A stretch of DNA of 64,000 bases from Lingula anatina (Eukaryota; Animalia; Brachiopoda). Position numbers and translations under genes: made by a program. The notes under the pieces were generated by a model. The model had not been told where the DNA came from. It saw nothing but the letters and a program-made list of their open reading frames with translations, and did not search any database. The stretch covers positions 4,836,001 through 4,900,000 of the forward strand of contig CM120641.1 of the NCBI GenBank assembly GCA_051362555.1, written 5' to 3'. Each line of letters begins with the position of its first letter. Within the stretch, counting starts at the first letter, position 1. Of the stretch, positions 38,418-53,890 are shown one piece after another.

Positions 38418-40568
38418 GTGAGTATACAAACCCCTTTTTAGTAATAGCTCCACTCCCATACATGTAAAACTTTGAAAGATTGAGGATGATTTGGTTGTCC
38501 TCTTGATCATCAGGTTCTAGATTTCACATTCATTTTAGAGGCATTTGCATACTGCTGGTACATGCTGGATTACAAAGAGAGTAGTACTAGCTGGCTGTAC
38601 TAGTTGTCTCTGGCACAGCTAATGCAATGTGCTGCTTCCAAAGCAATGCTTGTCATTTTATTCCCCGTCCAATTGATCTAGACTTATGCAGGCTTGTATA
38701 TAAAACTGCCCAAACTGATAAAAATTCCCTTGTTTAGAAGAATTTTGATCGTGAATTACTTGTTTAGTTCTGCTCAAAAAGCTATATGGATACAGTACGT
38801 ATTCTGGAGTGAGCCAGGTTGATTAATCTAATTACTCTATCAGAAAGTAAATGACTTAAGTATTATTATTATTATTATTATTATTAATATAATTATAATC
38901 TGACATATTATGTAGTGGAATCAACTATTTGAAGAATGAGTGAACCACATTTAAAATTTGCTGTGTCTTATCTATTGATATATTGATCCTTTGATTTTGC
39001 ACTTTATGTTTTAAGCTTGGCAGATGGTAAATTTAAATTTCAGTTCACATGGCCTGTATCATTGCTGTAAGCATCTTTTCTGTCAAGTTTCTGTCATATT
39101 GGTAATTTACAGATGGATTTGTCATAGTCTGCTACTTTGACATATCTCTTAAATGTTTTAGTGGTGTCACTTTGAAGATGAAGTATTCGGCACGAGAAAG
39201 ATATTGATTGATAATATCACATTTCTGACTTACTTGTTTCAGAAGTTGAATGATATGTCAACAGGTTATGTGCTTACTTTGATTTTGAAGTCATGAAAGT
39301 GTTTGTATAAATGACATGTGTCAAACCATGCGTTTGATCTCAGTATGGACAAGGAGAAAAATTGCTTGATTACTGATCACAGAGTTGCTTTGAAAAAAAA
39401 AAAAAAAGAATCAGATTTATTACAGTGTAAATCATTTACAAACCCCATTTTAAGTGATTTATTGCATAATCATTTAAATTGTGCAGTTTACCTTTCTGAA
39501 AATGAAGGGTTTTGATTAACCAATTGCCCTGCCCTATACCCTCTTATTAAGTATCAATTTGGGACAATAATATTTAGACTTCTTTTCAGCTGAAACCATA
39601 ATTTTCACTCTGAAACATGTCAGCAGACAAGCATATTAATTCACAAGGATGTTTGTAAAGTACACATGATTCTCTTTAAAACCGAACTGCACAGGTATCC
39701 CAATGTTCATCAGACATTAAAACTCCAGATAAATAATTTTTGTCATAAAGTTCAGATAAATAGCGATATTTCCTTACAACTGCTTTGAATAGAAATGGTG
39801 AGTTTCTGCATTGGAAAAGAGCGCTAGAAATTATGGTAATATGCATGTCTGTTGATATCCTAATGTCATTTGTAGACAAGTGAATGATGAGTTTCATCTC
39901 CTAGCCAGTGCATGTTATGAAAGTAATCGACATTCTGAACATCACTGTAGAAATTTAATGAGCTTGAACAACAGACCTACTGAAGATTTTTACTGCAGCT
40001 TACCATATTTTTTGTTTTTTAAGTATAAATATATTGAAAACTTTTTTATTCATCTGATGAAAGAATTTTTTTTTTTTTTTTTTTTTTTTTTTGTAATTCT
40101 GGAATTGCCACATGGAAATGTTCAGTGGTCCAGGTAATGCACAGTACACAGTAGTACAGTAGATCATGAATCCAATTTTTTTTCCTGAACATATTTTTTT
40201 CTGAATGTTCAGCTCTGGAAATGTCAGTCACTTAACCCTTCATGTAACCAGTTCTGTGTCATCAGGATAGGTCAGACTATTTTACTTTCACCTGGCACTA
40301 GGTTTACTCCTGCGTCTAACTTGATTTCCTCATCAGTCAGAAAGGGGGAAAGGTAATATGTTCGTTGAAATGCAACTGACAGGGCAGGCCTTATTTCTGA
40401 ACTGTTCACTATTAAACAGGGCTTGTTGCTTTTTGCCCAAGTTCCTGTATTTGTAATAAATAATTTGTTCATTTTGTCTATAAAAAAGCTAACAAATTAA
40501 GTCGGGAAGTCGTTTCTTTCATTTTTATGTACAGACACACTGTACTGTACATATTGCCATCACCTGTG

Positions 40569-40671
<103 letters not shown>

Positions 40672-41650
40672 AGCGCTGGAACAGGAGCAGGAATCATGCA
40701 CGCTCATTCATATCAAGTTAGTTTATTTTTTAATATTTTTTTCAATAATTTCGACCCTGTATTTACAGTAGAATTCTGGGACTGGACTGTAAGAAGCTCA
40801 TTTAATTATTGTATCATAAATTTCAGCATTACTAGTATTTTGTCAGTCTTCATGTTTAAACTGATCATACCTTGTCTGTACATATGTTAGCTTAAGCTGG
40901 TTTGTTTGAGCATATTAAAATAGATAATTGGCATTGAAAATACAAAGCTTTGATAGTTGAAGGTGACTATCACATATTAGTTGTTAACCCCTGTATGTCT
41001 TGTTGAAATATAACAGGGAAGCATAAAACCTTGTTCTCAGTAATAATCCTCTCACATAATTTAATATACAGTAATGCTAATTTGAAATGGCTGTGGGGTA
41101 CAAATTTACACCTTTTGGTATTGGCCTAAATTTTTTGAAATTGTTATATTTTCCCAATATTATTATATTATTATTATTATGTAATGTTCTTTCTTTCTTT
41201 GATATTGAGTATTTCCACAGGATGATTTGCTAAAATCTTCATGCTATGAAATATCACTTATGGAATTCAGATGCATGCTTGCAAAATTTGGTTATTAAAT
41301 ACTATTTGATCATTTTTACATTAAACAAATGGAAGAACTTGTGCAATAAGAAGTCTTATCATTTGCATTATTTGATATGACAGTTAGTCCAAAATCGATG
41401 TGTAATTACTTCCTATGAGTCATCACAAATTTCCTGGTATACATATAATAGGGTTACTAGCTTAACATCAAGAAGTCTAAAAAAGATCATTGATGTTATT
41501 AGATACTTCCTTTTTAGTGCTAAAATATCCTGATGTTTGTGTTGAAACTCAGGATGAGTGCCTTTTTGGCACAAAATATTCTTAGATAAATGCGTGAAAG
41601 TATTGGTTCTTGACATATATTGCTGTAGATGCAGAGAGGGGCTTGTGTTA

Positions 41651-41774
41651 GGGACTCATTCCTAAAGAAACTATCATTTTACTGACATTGATCCAACCCT
41701 GTGGGGACTCCTGCTGAATGCAGTCAGTTTTAACAAGACCTTGTTTCTAATGTACTCCTATTGGGAATGAGCCC
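41651..41774. mobile_element. Short Harbinger-like MITE (related partial copy at ~51305-51430)
   Basis: TIRs GGGACTCATTCC / GGAATGAGCCC; internal GAAACTATC...TGATCCA...GGACTC.TGCTGAATGCA.TCAG is shared with 51305-51400. Confidence 0.6.
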
Positions 41775-44700
41775 AATGCATCTTTGAATGATACAACTTA
41801 CAGATGGTTAATGCCCCAACTCCTGATATTATAAAAGATGATACATTTTGTTTTCTCCCCTAGACAAAATAAGTCTTAGATACATTGCATTACATACATG
41901 TGATACTAGACCAATGTATAGATTTTTGCAAACCATGCAAGGAGGAGATGAGTTAATTACAGTAGAAGATTATGTTAAAGCAGATGTCTTATTGTGCAGA
42001 AACTGTAGCGTCTGCTTATCTTCTCACCTTGTGTTTGATCCACACCTAGTAAGATAAGCACAAAATTGTAATAGCAGCACGGTCAATATAAATATTGGAA
42101 GTAAATGCACTGGTTTTTCATGTATACACATTGGCAATAGGAATAATCTGAGATGAACTTAAGTCTCACAAGTTAGTGTAAAATCAAGTAAAATTTTGCA
42201 GGATTTTGAGGAGCATGGGATCAGAAATAATGGCAGACTAGCTAGTGTTTTATCTTGAGTTTTGTAGTATTACAGCCTGCGTGTCACTTACGTATTGCTT
42301 TCCATGACAACATTCCTGGCATACAGAGAGTTTCACTCTTCTTACTGAAAAGTTGACCATATTGCATGTAGATTCGTGCACATTTTCTAGTCTTAGCTTG
42401 TATGAGATCATGCAGTGCACTCAGCCTCGTTTTAAAGTTAATTAGGCTATCTCGGATGATTTCCACTGTTATATGTAATATATTGTTTTGACTACATATG
42501 ATGATTTTTATTCTTCCTCTGAATAGTGACATATGTTGGTATATGGAGAGCTGAGGAAATTTCAACAACTGCTTTTGAGATGCATTTTGCTTTCTTGTCT
42601 GATAGTGTATTTTTGTATTAAGTCATATATCTGCTAAGTCTTCAAAAAATGACCTCTAGCAAATTAAAGTGCCTGGAATTTGTAAGTAATTACATCTTAT
42701 ACAATAGTTAGCTGATGTCTTCTGGGAATGTTTAATCAAGACAATCAGTTATTCTTATTTTCCTCAGGGCACCAAAAAACCATTTAGTATTGCTCCTGAG
42801 TGAAAGAGGTTATGGAATTCAAGTAACATAAAAGTCTGCTTGAAAATTGGTACAAAATATTTCATCTATTTTCAGCCAGTTTATAAGACACTGGAGAGGC
42901 AGCTTTTAAAATTTTGTCCATGTGTTGTTGGATCAGCGATTATACAGTGATCACATATTTCCCTATAGTATAGTCCAGGGAAGGCAAGTTTGCTAGTCAG
43001 TTACACATATTGATTTTTTAAGGCAGAGTGGATAGCAGAGGAACATTGTCACACATCAGATTTGACAGAAAGAGAAACGAATTGTGACTTTTTGGTTCCT
43101 GCTCAAATAGAGAAAAAAAGGAGAAAATTGTGTTATGATTGATGACATATTCAGGTCAATTATATTAAGTCTGTCAGGCTATATATAATATAAGAGTTGG
43201 TATTGAAAGCAAGCACGCGCGGTGGGATTTTCAAAGTCAACCTTTAGTTTTACAGCTGTTGCACACTTTACTTTTTCCCACTTGGTAGTATACACTTTAA
43301 GTCTGCTTTTCTTTGTTTACCTGTATACCACTTAGTGCCTCTACACCCCCACCAACCAAATTTCAGTGTTTAAAATCAAAATAACGGCTATTTTTGCTGC
43401 AGCTACATGAGATCAGTGTAGCGGATGGACCCCTCTGCTACATTTATTGAATGAGTAATTAGCTAGGAAGATTTCATAAACTAAACAATAAATAGACATA
43501 GGTAGGCTATGACCTCATCCCTGTCTGGAAGTGTTTCAAGGCAGCACAGGTAAAAGGAGGGTGAAGCTGTCTAACAGCTACTTAATGAGTGGAAACGCAG
43601 GATGTCTTACGTACGGACTCACGCACACCAACAGCTTTCAATCCGAAGCAGGGAAGCCCTTGTTTATCAGACATACACTTTTCTATCTACATTGCTTTAG
43701 ACTTGAAAAAATAAATTTGTAAATTTTGTTTCTTTTAAAGATAAATATCTTTCAGGGGTTTTAAACTTCCTCCTGCTGGTTAGATATATAATACAGTTAG
43801 GAGACTTGATTCTCTTCAGTAAGCTTCCTAGGAACACACAAGTTTGGTTAAGTGTAGGTATATCGCTTGCATTTTTAAGACAGTAGGGTCAATGAATAGT
43901 TCAATATTTCATAATGTACATGTAATTCAAATTATTTCGTAGAAACCACAGGTTTTACAATCAAGCTCAAACAAATGATCTGACATATATTTTCGCTATA
44001 TTTTATGGTCAAATTAGTAACATTGCTGCATTAGGCACAATGTTTGCATTGCTCTTAATGGTACACATGTATGCTGGCGATTTAATGCCTAATCATCCCA
44101 GTGAGATTGTTAATCTACCATTTTTTGCTGTGAGATTATCCATCAACACAAGTAGCATGTCCGCGCTGTGTGGTCAGTTCAATCTGTGCTGTCCTGGCAC
44201 AACAACATGCTATGATGCATTGGCATTCAACAGGCATCAGTGGAAAAAATGATGAAAATTTATCTGAACAGCATAAACTTTTATTCTTGGGATTGTGATT
44301 TATTTACTGCCTTTCTTATTGGAAAAGTTCAAAATTACTTAGCAACAGCAGTTTCCTCCAAAAATCATTTACTCATGCCGGTGTGCATGCTGCGCCAGTG
44401 TTCTTCATACAGTTGTGTAGTTTTTTCTTCCTTAGTGAATTTTTTTCCATAACTAGTTAACAGGAAATTAATCTTGGTGCTTTTAGTTGTCCCAAGCATA
44501 GGCTTTCCTGGAGGGGCCCCAGGTAGTGCACCTATTAATAACTGATTGGCTGGAGCTGACAGATATAAACTGACTGATTACTAGAAATACACTTCCAGAG
44601 AGAGAAAAACATCAGGGCATATGAGCACATTTAAGTGGATAAAACTGTGACAGAAAAAAATTGTTGGAAAACACCAGACTTGTTGGACCAAGAACAACAT

Positions 44701-45066
44701 AACTGTGATGAAGTCATAAGTGCCTTGCAAATTATCGCATGCTAGATAAAGGTTTGATGTGATTTTCTCCTAGGAAACGCAAACACAAAGCTGGGACAGG
44801 CGTTCTGTTCAGTCAGGTGATATCAGGCTTGGTTTGTGTAATTCAATTTGGAGAGAGAGAGAAACATTTTCAGTGTAAGTCACTAATCTGCATTTAGTAT
44901 CATAGCTACGAACAGAACTCACAGGCTGATGCGCATTGGACTGAGTGTCTTTTAAACTGTCTGCTGTGAGGCCAGCCCAGCAGTAGGACCTTGGATACAG
45001 TTCACAGTCCAGCAAAATTCTGTAGGAAAAAAAGTGTTTATAATTAATTTGCCAGGAGTTGTCTGA

Positions 45067-45167
45067 ATGAAGATGAGCGTCCTATGGAGACAGCTGTTTG
45101 ACAAATGGAAAGATACCTACTACACAGGGAATAAGAAAAACATCCAAAAGAAAAAACACAAAATATG
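45067..45167 (+). CDS. Predicted alternative first coding exon (MKMSVLWRQLFDKWKDTYYTGNKKNIQKKKHKI-, phase 2)
   Basis: In-frame TGA just before the ATG, 33 codons + 2 nt, donor TG|gtaatg; possible upstream acceptor ttgccag| at 45055. Confidence 0.55.
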
Positions 45168-47082
45168 GTAATGTATCATTTTTCAAATTGTTATTAATTA
45201 TTTTGACTTTTACTATTATGCATGATTTAGAAATGTGTAAGTGAGACTAATGGTTTTTATAGTTGCTGGTATGGAAGAAAAGGAAGATATTTTTTGCTCA
45301 GTTCAATAATTGATTGTTGTTGGTGGCGGGAGCTGGAGTCGTCCTGACCATGAGTTGCTCAAGCAGGAACACCTTGACGATTTAGTGTCACGATACATTG
45401 AGAAAATACTGAGATAGATGCTTGAGCAAGGTTAGCAATTATTGAAGGTGGGGTAAATGGAGACGCCTTGCTGCCATCAGTTATTTTAGATTATTTGCCA
45501 AGATGCACTCTAATGTAACCTTACTGATGTGTGGTCACTGAGTGGACATGTCCAGTACACAAGTAACAGCTTGAAAGTTGCTCAGATTCTGCTCACTGCC
45601 ATGCATTCTACTGTCTTGGATGCTTGTGGAGTCAGTAACATATGTATAGAAAGATCATGCAAGACAGAGAGAGATAACATATGGGTGCCATGCAGTAAGA
45701 TGTATGCCTGGTGATCCACCCATCATAAACCTTCACTGTCTCCGCAGAGTTGGGGACATGCACTGAAAAGAACAATATGAGGAATTTGAGAAATGAACTT
45801 GTGATTAAGTGCATTTTTTTTAATATAAAAAAACTAAGTCTCTCAAAATTTTGGAGGGGGTAGTTAACTTAGAAAGGTTTTGCTATATTTTTAATTGAAA
45901 TCAATTCGGAAGGATTGTTTTGTTTTCCAGAACTGGTAATTTTGAATACATGAAAACAGAGAGTAATGAGAAAAATTAAAAATACAGAATATGGATTTTG
46001 TGACATATCTTGGTTTTTAATATGCTTTGAAAATGCATATTAAAACCAAGATATTTTAGAGAATCAAAGTTTCATTACATTAAATTTGAATTAAGGACCT
46101 TCCACAGAAATGATTTATTTTACAAACAGAAAATCGTATAAACAGGGAACACAAATAGTTGAATTTATCACCCTTTGATCACCCTAACAGAATTGGATAC
46201 AGTAGACACAGCTTTTTAAAAGGTCACTAAAAGATGAGAGCTGTAATAATTCAAATTTTTAAACCCAAGAGAAAGCTTGTTGATAACACTGCCGTCAACA
46301 ACTTGACCCACTGTATTATTGCAAAATAACAAGGACATGTTGTTGGGACTATAATAATTCATTATAAGTTGTTCGTACCGAGTGAGTCGAGCCCCAGTAA
46401 TAAGGATGTACATAAAATGACTTAATTGCGTACTACAGGCAATCTACACAAGGGAGTTCCAACATTGACAAGATCATTCCTGTGGACATCCTGTTTGTTT
46501 GGTGGTTCTCTGAATTACAAACACATTTTTTTCTGATTAATTCTTTGCTTTAATTAACAATGTTAGGGTGTGTTTGTATCAAGGGTGTTTCACCTCTGTA
46601 CCCGGTAGTATATTTTTACTTGCAGTTGTGGACTAATTTTATTTTTTGATGTAATTGGAGGAAGTATCTTAGATGAGTATTTTTTTTCTCTTTTGGTGAG
46701 TCATTTGAAACAACAAAGTAGTAAATTGGATGATAGAAATTGACGGGAACCTGTCAGTATTGATTTTTAAACAGAACCCGGCACCTCTGAAATATATGTG
46801 AAGGGGTTATTTAGTGAAGTGTTAATTTAACTTGGTTCTCGTTTTCATCAATCATTCCTAAACCCAGTGACTTTTAACCAAAGTTTTATTTTTAAGTTAC
46901 CTTTCCAAATACTCTGTCTGGATTAGCAAGGCTTGAACCTATAAACCATTTAAAAAAAGTTTCTGTTTCTATTTAATTCATTGTTCTTCACCTTTTTTTT
47001 CTTTTGTGATAAGAAGTTTGCAAATGAGAGGGGGTTTTGTCCATGGATTGCCTGAATACGTATAACTAGATTTTCATTTTCT

Positions 47083-47115
<33 letters not shown>

Positions 47116-50100
47116 TATGTGAATTACTGTTATTTTTCTGATGCAGGTGATTGTAACATTTTGGAGTGTGAAAATTTTGAATATCTGTCACAATCCAGAT
47201 TGAAGGACAATAAGTGATAATTTAAGTTACTTAGATATATATATATGTATGTATAAATATAGTTCTGATTCATTGACATAAAGTAATAAATGTTTTAGAC
47301 AAGTATCCAAGTAACTACCAAATATACATACATGTGATCAAACTACAGATAGTTTTACCCTCTTTCACAAGTTCTAAACAAGTTCAATTCCTGCTTTTAG
47401 CTTGATTAATTGGCTACACTGAACAGGGAGGCTCAATTTAGGTGACTTTCCTATGTAATATACTGAGGCAATTAGTTGTCACTCTCTCAAAATGAATGGA
47501 CACAGACTGTATCATTTAAGCATATCATTGGATATGTAAAGGGCCTTTGAGAGACAGTGTAGTAGTGGGTCTTGACCATTAATTTTGCTGCATTCAAAAA
47601 TGTTTTTCATTTTACCCAATAAAATTTTTTTGAGGACATTTTGAGGACATTTGCTTCCTCTGTGACATTTTTTCAATCATACAAGTAGCAAGTGAATAGA
47701 ATTATATATGTTGTCAGGGACAATTTTCTCAAAGTTAAATGGATTGCCAAGAAAGGTCATTTTATATTAAAGGTAGTATATCTTGCTTCACTTAGTAGAG
47801 AGCTTGAACAGAGACCACATGCTTTTTGAACTATACATTTGATAGCAGAATAACTTGAATTTTTTTTCCCACAAAGACCAACAAGAACCCAAACTTATGT
47901 GAAAAAAATTGAAATTAAGGTATTGGAGTTATCTTTTAAATGATTTAATCTTTATAACTAGCCAGTTGTGTGAGTGGGCAGGCCAGCTTGAACCAGTGTG
48001 GGCATGAAGTTATCACGCAAGTTATTGGTCTTTCTGTTTTTATTGCCTTTGGAATCCTTCAGTGATCACCAGGACACGCACTGCTTTTCATTTGGCTTGT
48101 TAATTAGATTTTTTTTCTTAGGAAACACATGGGTCCAGCTTATGACAGTTCCCAGGCAGCAAATGATTTATTTGACCTGTAATTGGAAAAAAGTCTCTGT
48201 TTGTCAAAGGCATGGGATGTGATTATACCAGAGACCGAAAAGAAATGTAACTGGGGTTTTTATTAGTTAAAGTGACCTTAAACTTCCCTACCCTGATGTG
48301 TTAGTGAAAATGGAGTTGGGGGTTGGGGTGGGTGAGTTAAAAGTTTCTGCTTCTTAAAGATGCATTTAAAGTCAGATTTTTGCCACAAAACCTGATCAAA
48401 TGCTGCTATATAATTTCAATTAGTATAACTTATAGAAATTACAAAGGACATCATTTCATATTCCCCCAAAAAATGATATTTGAAAGGATATTTTCTGCTT
48501 TTTGCTGTGTTATAAATATCCCTCAGCAGTCCCATTTGAATAAGTATGCAATTGCGCATGCAGCTGCATCCATACATGGGAGTGAGGGTGATGATTATGT
48601 AATGTGTGTGCAGTACTATGTCAGAGGAACAGATTTATAGGTTATTTTATGACCAGAATTTGAAGAAGGTACAGTTTTTAAGTTATTTTTTGGCTGAAAG
48701 AGAGATTGACTTTGCTTATGGCTTGACATGGCTACTTTATTTTAGTTGCATGAAAAACTAGTAGAAGTGGTTCATGTGCATTACTGGAAAGCCATGCCCA
48801 ATTTTAAGATTTGCTCTACATTATTGGGTAGTTACACGTGCATTGTGCATGATTTGCTGATTGTATATTGCAACAAGGAAGTCACATTTTTCATGACAAC
48901 CACTAAAAGGTACCATATTAAAAAACTTAGTAGTTTGTTTTATTCAGAGTACGTATTAATGTTGCTTTTTACTATCGTTTCAAATTGTGGTATGCAGATA
49001 CACAAGTCTACCACATGCCCTGTTTTTTGGCTTTGCAGGCACCATTATTAAGGGCCATTTACAGTGATATTAAAATTTGTCACTTATGAATGGGAACTAA
49101 TTTGGCAATCAGTGTTATTTGTGCATTGAGACATCTCTGAAGCATCTTCATTGAATGACATTGATCAGCCTCAGAAGCATTCATGATTATATTCACAGAA
49201 ATAAACTGACCTGCCTCTTTTCAGCTATTTCATTACCAGTTCATGCATCCTTTAAAAAACAGAATGATTTAATCAGTCCACAGTGATTTGATCAGTTCAT
49301 ATCGTGGAAATTGTTATTAGCTTGGGGCACGATGGTGTTCTGGTCGATAGATAGCGGCATTTTGTACTGTGCATATATCAAATGTCTGATCCTGTTTTAT
49401 AACGCGTTGGGGACACTTTGAGGAAGCCTTGTCACTAGTGTATTATCACAGCTATGAAAATAGTTGCATGTTGCACTGAGATAGAATAAGAGCAAAAGAG
49501 AGCTAGCTATAGGGAAAAAGAAGACAAAGATCATGTGATTGCTTCCATTAATAAATAAGACAATGGGAAAAAAGCCCCTAGATCAGACCATCAGTGAGAA
49601 TATTAAGATGTTATCGCCAACATTCTATTCCTTTGAACAGCAAAAAAAGCTTAGTCCTGTGACATATACTAGAGGTAATTGATTGGAAGAGAAAATGACA
49701 TTTTTGCATCAAATATGTGTTCATTGTCATTTCACCTGACTCATCCAGTGCAGTTGAACAGAGACAGATGACACGAGCTGCAGACTGCTTTCAGCCCAGT
49801 ATCCAGCAGCTTTGCTAACCACTTGTGATCTTTTAACTCTGCCTGTCGCCAAGGGTGCAGAAGGGCTGCCTATGCTATGCAATGCAAATGGGATAAGGAG
49901 AGAGGGATAATTGAACCAATTTGATAAGAGAGATATGAAAGAGGGCCATGCTGTTGCCTGTATTATAATTGTCAACATACTGATCACCTGATAGTTTCAC
50001 ATAATCTGGAATTATATATTTAAAACCGCATCACTGTTTGCCTTTGTTGTGAACAGTGCTACCAGACTGTGCCACTGCAGATAGCGAAGAGCAACAATGC

Positions 50101-50632
50101 ATCACAATTGCTGGTTCAGTTTTCAGGAAATTGTAACCATTTGAGATCCATACATTGAGCACTCATTGAGGACAATTGATGATTAACTCTAATGTAATGT
50201 GGACTTGACAACTTAAGAATGTACTATTCCATTAAGAGTGCTATAGGTTTTGGATTTTACTGCTGACTGAATATTTCTGCTTCTGTTGTCTCTGTAGAGA
50301 TAATTAACCGTCAAGGGACGGAGACTCTCTTCCGAAGATAAACTATGGCATTTTGGATGTAAATTACACGCAGGCTAAAAACCGTGGGTTGTTATTTCTG
50401 ATAATTATTGTATATCCAAAGGCTAGTAATTTGACAGCGGTGTGATGATACGCTTGGCTAAAGGTATACCTTAAGAGGTTAAAGGAAAGCTAGGATAACA
50501 CTGCTTTAGATGTAGAAGAATTAAAACACTACTGAAGGGTCATCCTTGTCCTTGGCATGGCACCCAGGATGGCTTGCTGCAGGGACATTTCCCATACTAG
50601 GGTGGATTCCAGAAATAGGGTATAAAGTCCTA

Positions 50633-50718
50633 ATGGAGAAAGAAGACGAAGAAAAAAAAACCCAAAACAAGACATTCTTGGGTCGACTGAGGAATTCTTT
50701 CAAGCGAAAGAAAAAAAG
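50633..50718 (+). CDS. Predicted alternative first coding exon (MEKEDEEKKTQNKTFLGRLRNSFKRKKK-, phase 2)
   Basis: First in-frame ATG after TAA at 50522, 28 codons + 2 nt, donor AAG|gtaaaa; several CpGs at 50310-50460 upstream. Confidence 0.55.
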
Positions 50719-52269
50719 GTAAAAATGAAAAGATAAAAGTCTGTGTTGAACTAATGACAGTGTTTCACAAGCACGACTGAAAGGTAACTGTAACAGCCTG
50801 CTCACCCTGTGCCTGTATTCTTGTCATGAAGTAACCACTGATCCATCATCTCAAAGGATATCTTAAATTTATGGCATTTTAATTACTCAATCCGTCACTT
50901 CATAGTAACCATGGATTCCTTAATCTAGTTTATTTGTATGCTAAAATGTGTCCATTCCTGCTGACAGAATGACAGAATATTAGCATGACAAGGAAAATTT
51001 GATGAATAAGTTCTCTTGTTTCTTGTGCTTACATAATGTAGTTTGCATATTCCCTATTTTAGCTTTATGTGGCATTTTACAGTGTATCACTTTTCCATAT
51101 TGTTTGTATAGAAATGTGTGCACCAGTGCCTGTACATATGTATATGGGTGTGTTGTCATTAGGGAGGGGAGCCATACATATTCACTTAAGCGCATTGGTG
51201 TGCTCTTTAAAAAAAGAGGTGACCAGTAAGAATGAAGAGACCCATGCCATGGTATTGTATTTTAAGGGCCTGTTAGATATCATTATCCCAAATCATTTGT
51301 TATAGGACGTATTCCCAATGAAACTATCGTTCTACATAGATCGATCCAATTGATCCAGCTCCACAAGGACTCTTGCTGAATGCAATCAGATTAACAGAAC
51401 CGATTGACACGCCTCTTCGAACAGCTAGGGGTGATTTACTTTCACATGAGCACATCTTTTTGTCATGGTGCCGTGGTTTAAAACGGTGTTTTTGCTACCA
51501 TTACTTTCAGAATCCTTCTTTCCTTTTAAAAAAATCTATGTGAATTTTGGGTTAGCTAGTGTACCTTGTAACTCTGGCAATTGTTTTGCACCTGTTGCTT
51601 TAGCTTATAATGGAATAATCCTTTAGCTTAATCATGCCAAGCCTCAAACACTTAATATTAATGAGAAAAACCTTGTTATGATGTGCTTGTTTCACCATTA
51701 TTACTGTCTATATTACCATTGCCTCCATCCTGTCAGCAGCTGGGGAAGTAATATATGATTTGGATTAAAATGTTTGGAAAATAATAAATATAGTGTACTT
51801 TTACAGTAATAATTTAATGACAGCAATTAATTCAAATGATAGTAAGTAATTTTAATTGAGAAGTATGCAGCCATGTTCTTTCAAAGACATATGTAGCTAA
51901 TGAAGTAAAAAAACTGCTTTGTTAAATTAAGTTTCTTAGTTTTCTTACTTTAGCAGGACAGATTCACACAATTTTTGTTTTAAGAAATAAAAATGCAAAA
52001 TAAAAATTGTGAGAATAACCCGAAGTGACAGTTGAGTCCATATTCAAATCACCATGAACTTAACTAAGTTCAATTTCCATTGCCTATATCAATGCACTAG
52101 TCCATATGAAATGGAAAATCAACAAAGCAATAAGCAGTGCATTACGTCTTATGATATTCAGACACATTGTGATTTTTTCACACTTGTGTAGTGAAAGTAA
52201 ATTAATCACCTAAAGTGTATATTAATAAGCCAGTCTTAGGGCCCAGGGAACAACTTGAGAGAATTGATG

Positions 52270-52720
52270 TATTTATTGTCGTTTAACGGGTCAACGATGA
52301 CGTGTCTTGGGAGGAAGGTCATTAGGAGGTACAGGGGGCGCTGTATTCAAAAGGTGAACAGATCACGTGAGGAAGGGAAACGATCATTCAAAGTCGAGCT
52401 ACGCTACTGTACGGATATTCCAGTTTATTCCAAGTAAAAGTTTTTGTATAAAAACATTTGTATAAAGACAGGGTTTGATTATGCGTTATACAATTATCAA
52501 ATTCATATAAGTACGAACTGTACCGGAATTGGAATTAGGCTATGCGAGAAATCTAACTGGTGACGGAGCAAACGTTTGTATGTAATATTGTATCGTCTGT
52601 ACACAGGCAGAGGCACATCGACTCATTCCTATTTATAAATAAAGGATTTGATGTTTGAAGATGAAGTGGTTTTATTCGTTGAGAGTTATTAGATGATAAA
52701 TAATTTATATACGTTTAAGC
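52270..52720 (+). promoter_or_regulatory. CpG-rich island inside the intron, putative internal promoter
   Basis: Many CpGs against a depleted background, with TGACGT (52298) and CACGTG (52364) motifs; followed by a candidate phase-2 exon. Confidence 0.45.
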
Positions 52721-52770
52721 GAATTATAATATAACAGCTTTTATTGTTAACTTTAAGTAAGAGAAGTAAC

Positions 52771-52820
52771 ATGTTGATTAACTCTGGAATATTGGTGCAT
52801 GTTACCTTGGTTATAAACAG
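52771..52820 (+). CDS. Candidate alternative first coding exon (MLINSGILVHVTLVIN-, phase 2)
   Basis: aacATG start, 16 codons + 2 nt, donor CAG|gtacat, directly downstream of the CpG island. Confidence 0.35.
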
Positions 52821-53890
52821 GTACATTTCTCCAAATGAAAACATAATGAGTGTCTACACGTCTTGGTGTGCCGACTTCACACTGACAGTCATTGGGTACG
52901 TACTTAAAATAACTTGCAATGTTAGGCAAGGCATTGTGTAATTAAGTGGTGTTAAGACTGCTGGATTTAATCTATGAAAGAAAATTGCAATAGTGCTAGC
53001 CTAAACTAGACTGGGGCTTGTTTTAGGAGAGAAAAATTATAGCCAACTTTCACCTTCAAGAAATGAGAGTAGTCTAATCAGATAAAACACTGTGCCCATT
53101 TTATGAAAGGAAAGATATGGCTAATATTTCAGAAAAAAAAAAATTTTTACCTAAATGGACCAGCTACTATGGATTTATCTACTGAAAATAAACCAAATTT
53201 TAGACCAGTTTTCATGCTCAAATCTTTTGTGAAACCAGGTCTGTATTGTCATTCTAAAATTGTTATTTTCAGTAAAGAAACTTTTAAAAAAGCAGACAAC
53301 CTTATATGGATTTGCTATATACGGTAGCCGTCATATTATTCCTATCACAAAGATGCAACTATCTCACATACCTGAAAGAGACCTTGAACCTTGTTTATCA
53401 CAGTACCTCTTTGATACACTAAGCAGCACAGATATGTTAATACATATAGGTTAATTGCATCTGAGCAACTATTATTTTCCTCTATTTGGTACTCCATTAC
53501 CAAGAATGGAGCTGTTCTTTTCTGAGATCACCCCACCACTGAATCAATTTTCCAAAAATATGCAAATTTCTTGTTAGTTCAATTTTTTAAAGAAAATGGT
53601 GGGATTTAACCATTAAAGCAGATTGGTCCTTGTGGGTATATTAGGATCAGTGATGAGGAGGGTCATGTTTTTCACACATAGGATCGAGACCTTTTTTGAC
53701 ATTAACTCATAGACCTCAGCGTTCTTACAAGATTATGATAATGATAATTAAATATGGGGGGGGGGGGGGTTAAAATAAATTTAGACTCCCCTAAACTATA
53801 TCATAGATTTTTATATACAGACGATGTAAGTGGCTGTATTTATACTGATTGGTCTGCCTGTCCGCATTGTCGCTGTTGCTGTGAGATAGA

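Noticed and set aside
43584-43718. MSGNAGCLTYG... phase-2 candidate exon in a CpG patch
   Set aside because: The donor TT|gtaaat is weak and the peptide is unremarkable; too uncertain to call.
48618-48668. MSEEQIYRLFYDQNLKK followed by donor AAG|gtacag as another first exon
   Set aside because: Phase 0, so incompatible with the 61594 exon unless there is an unseen partner exon. No other support.
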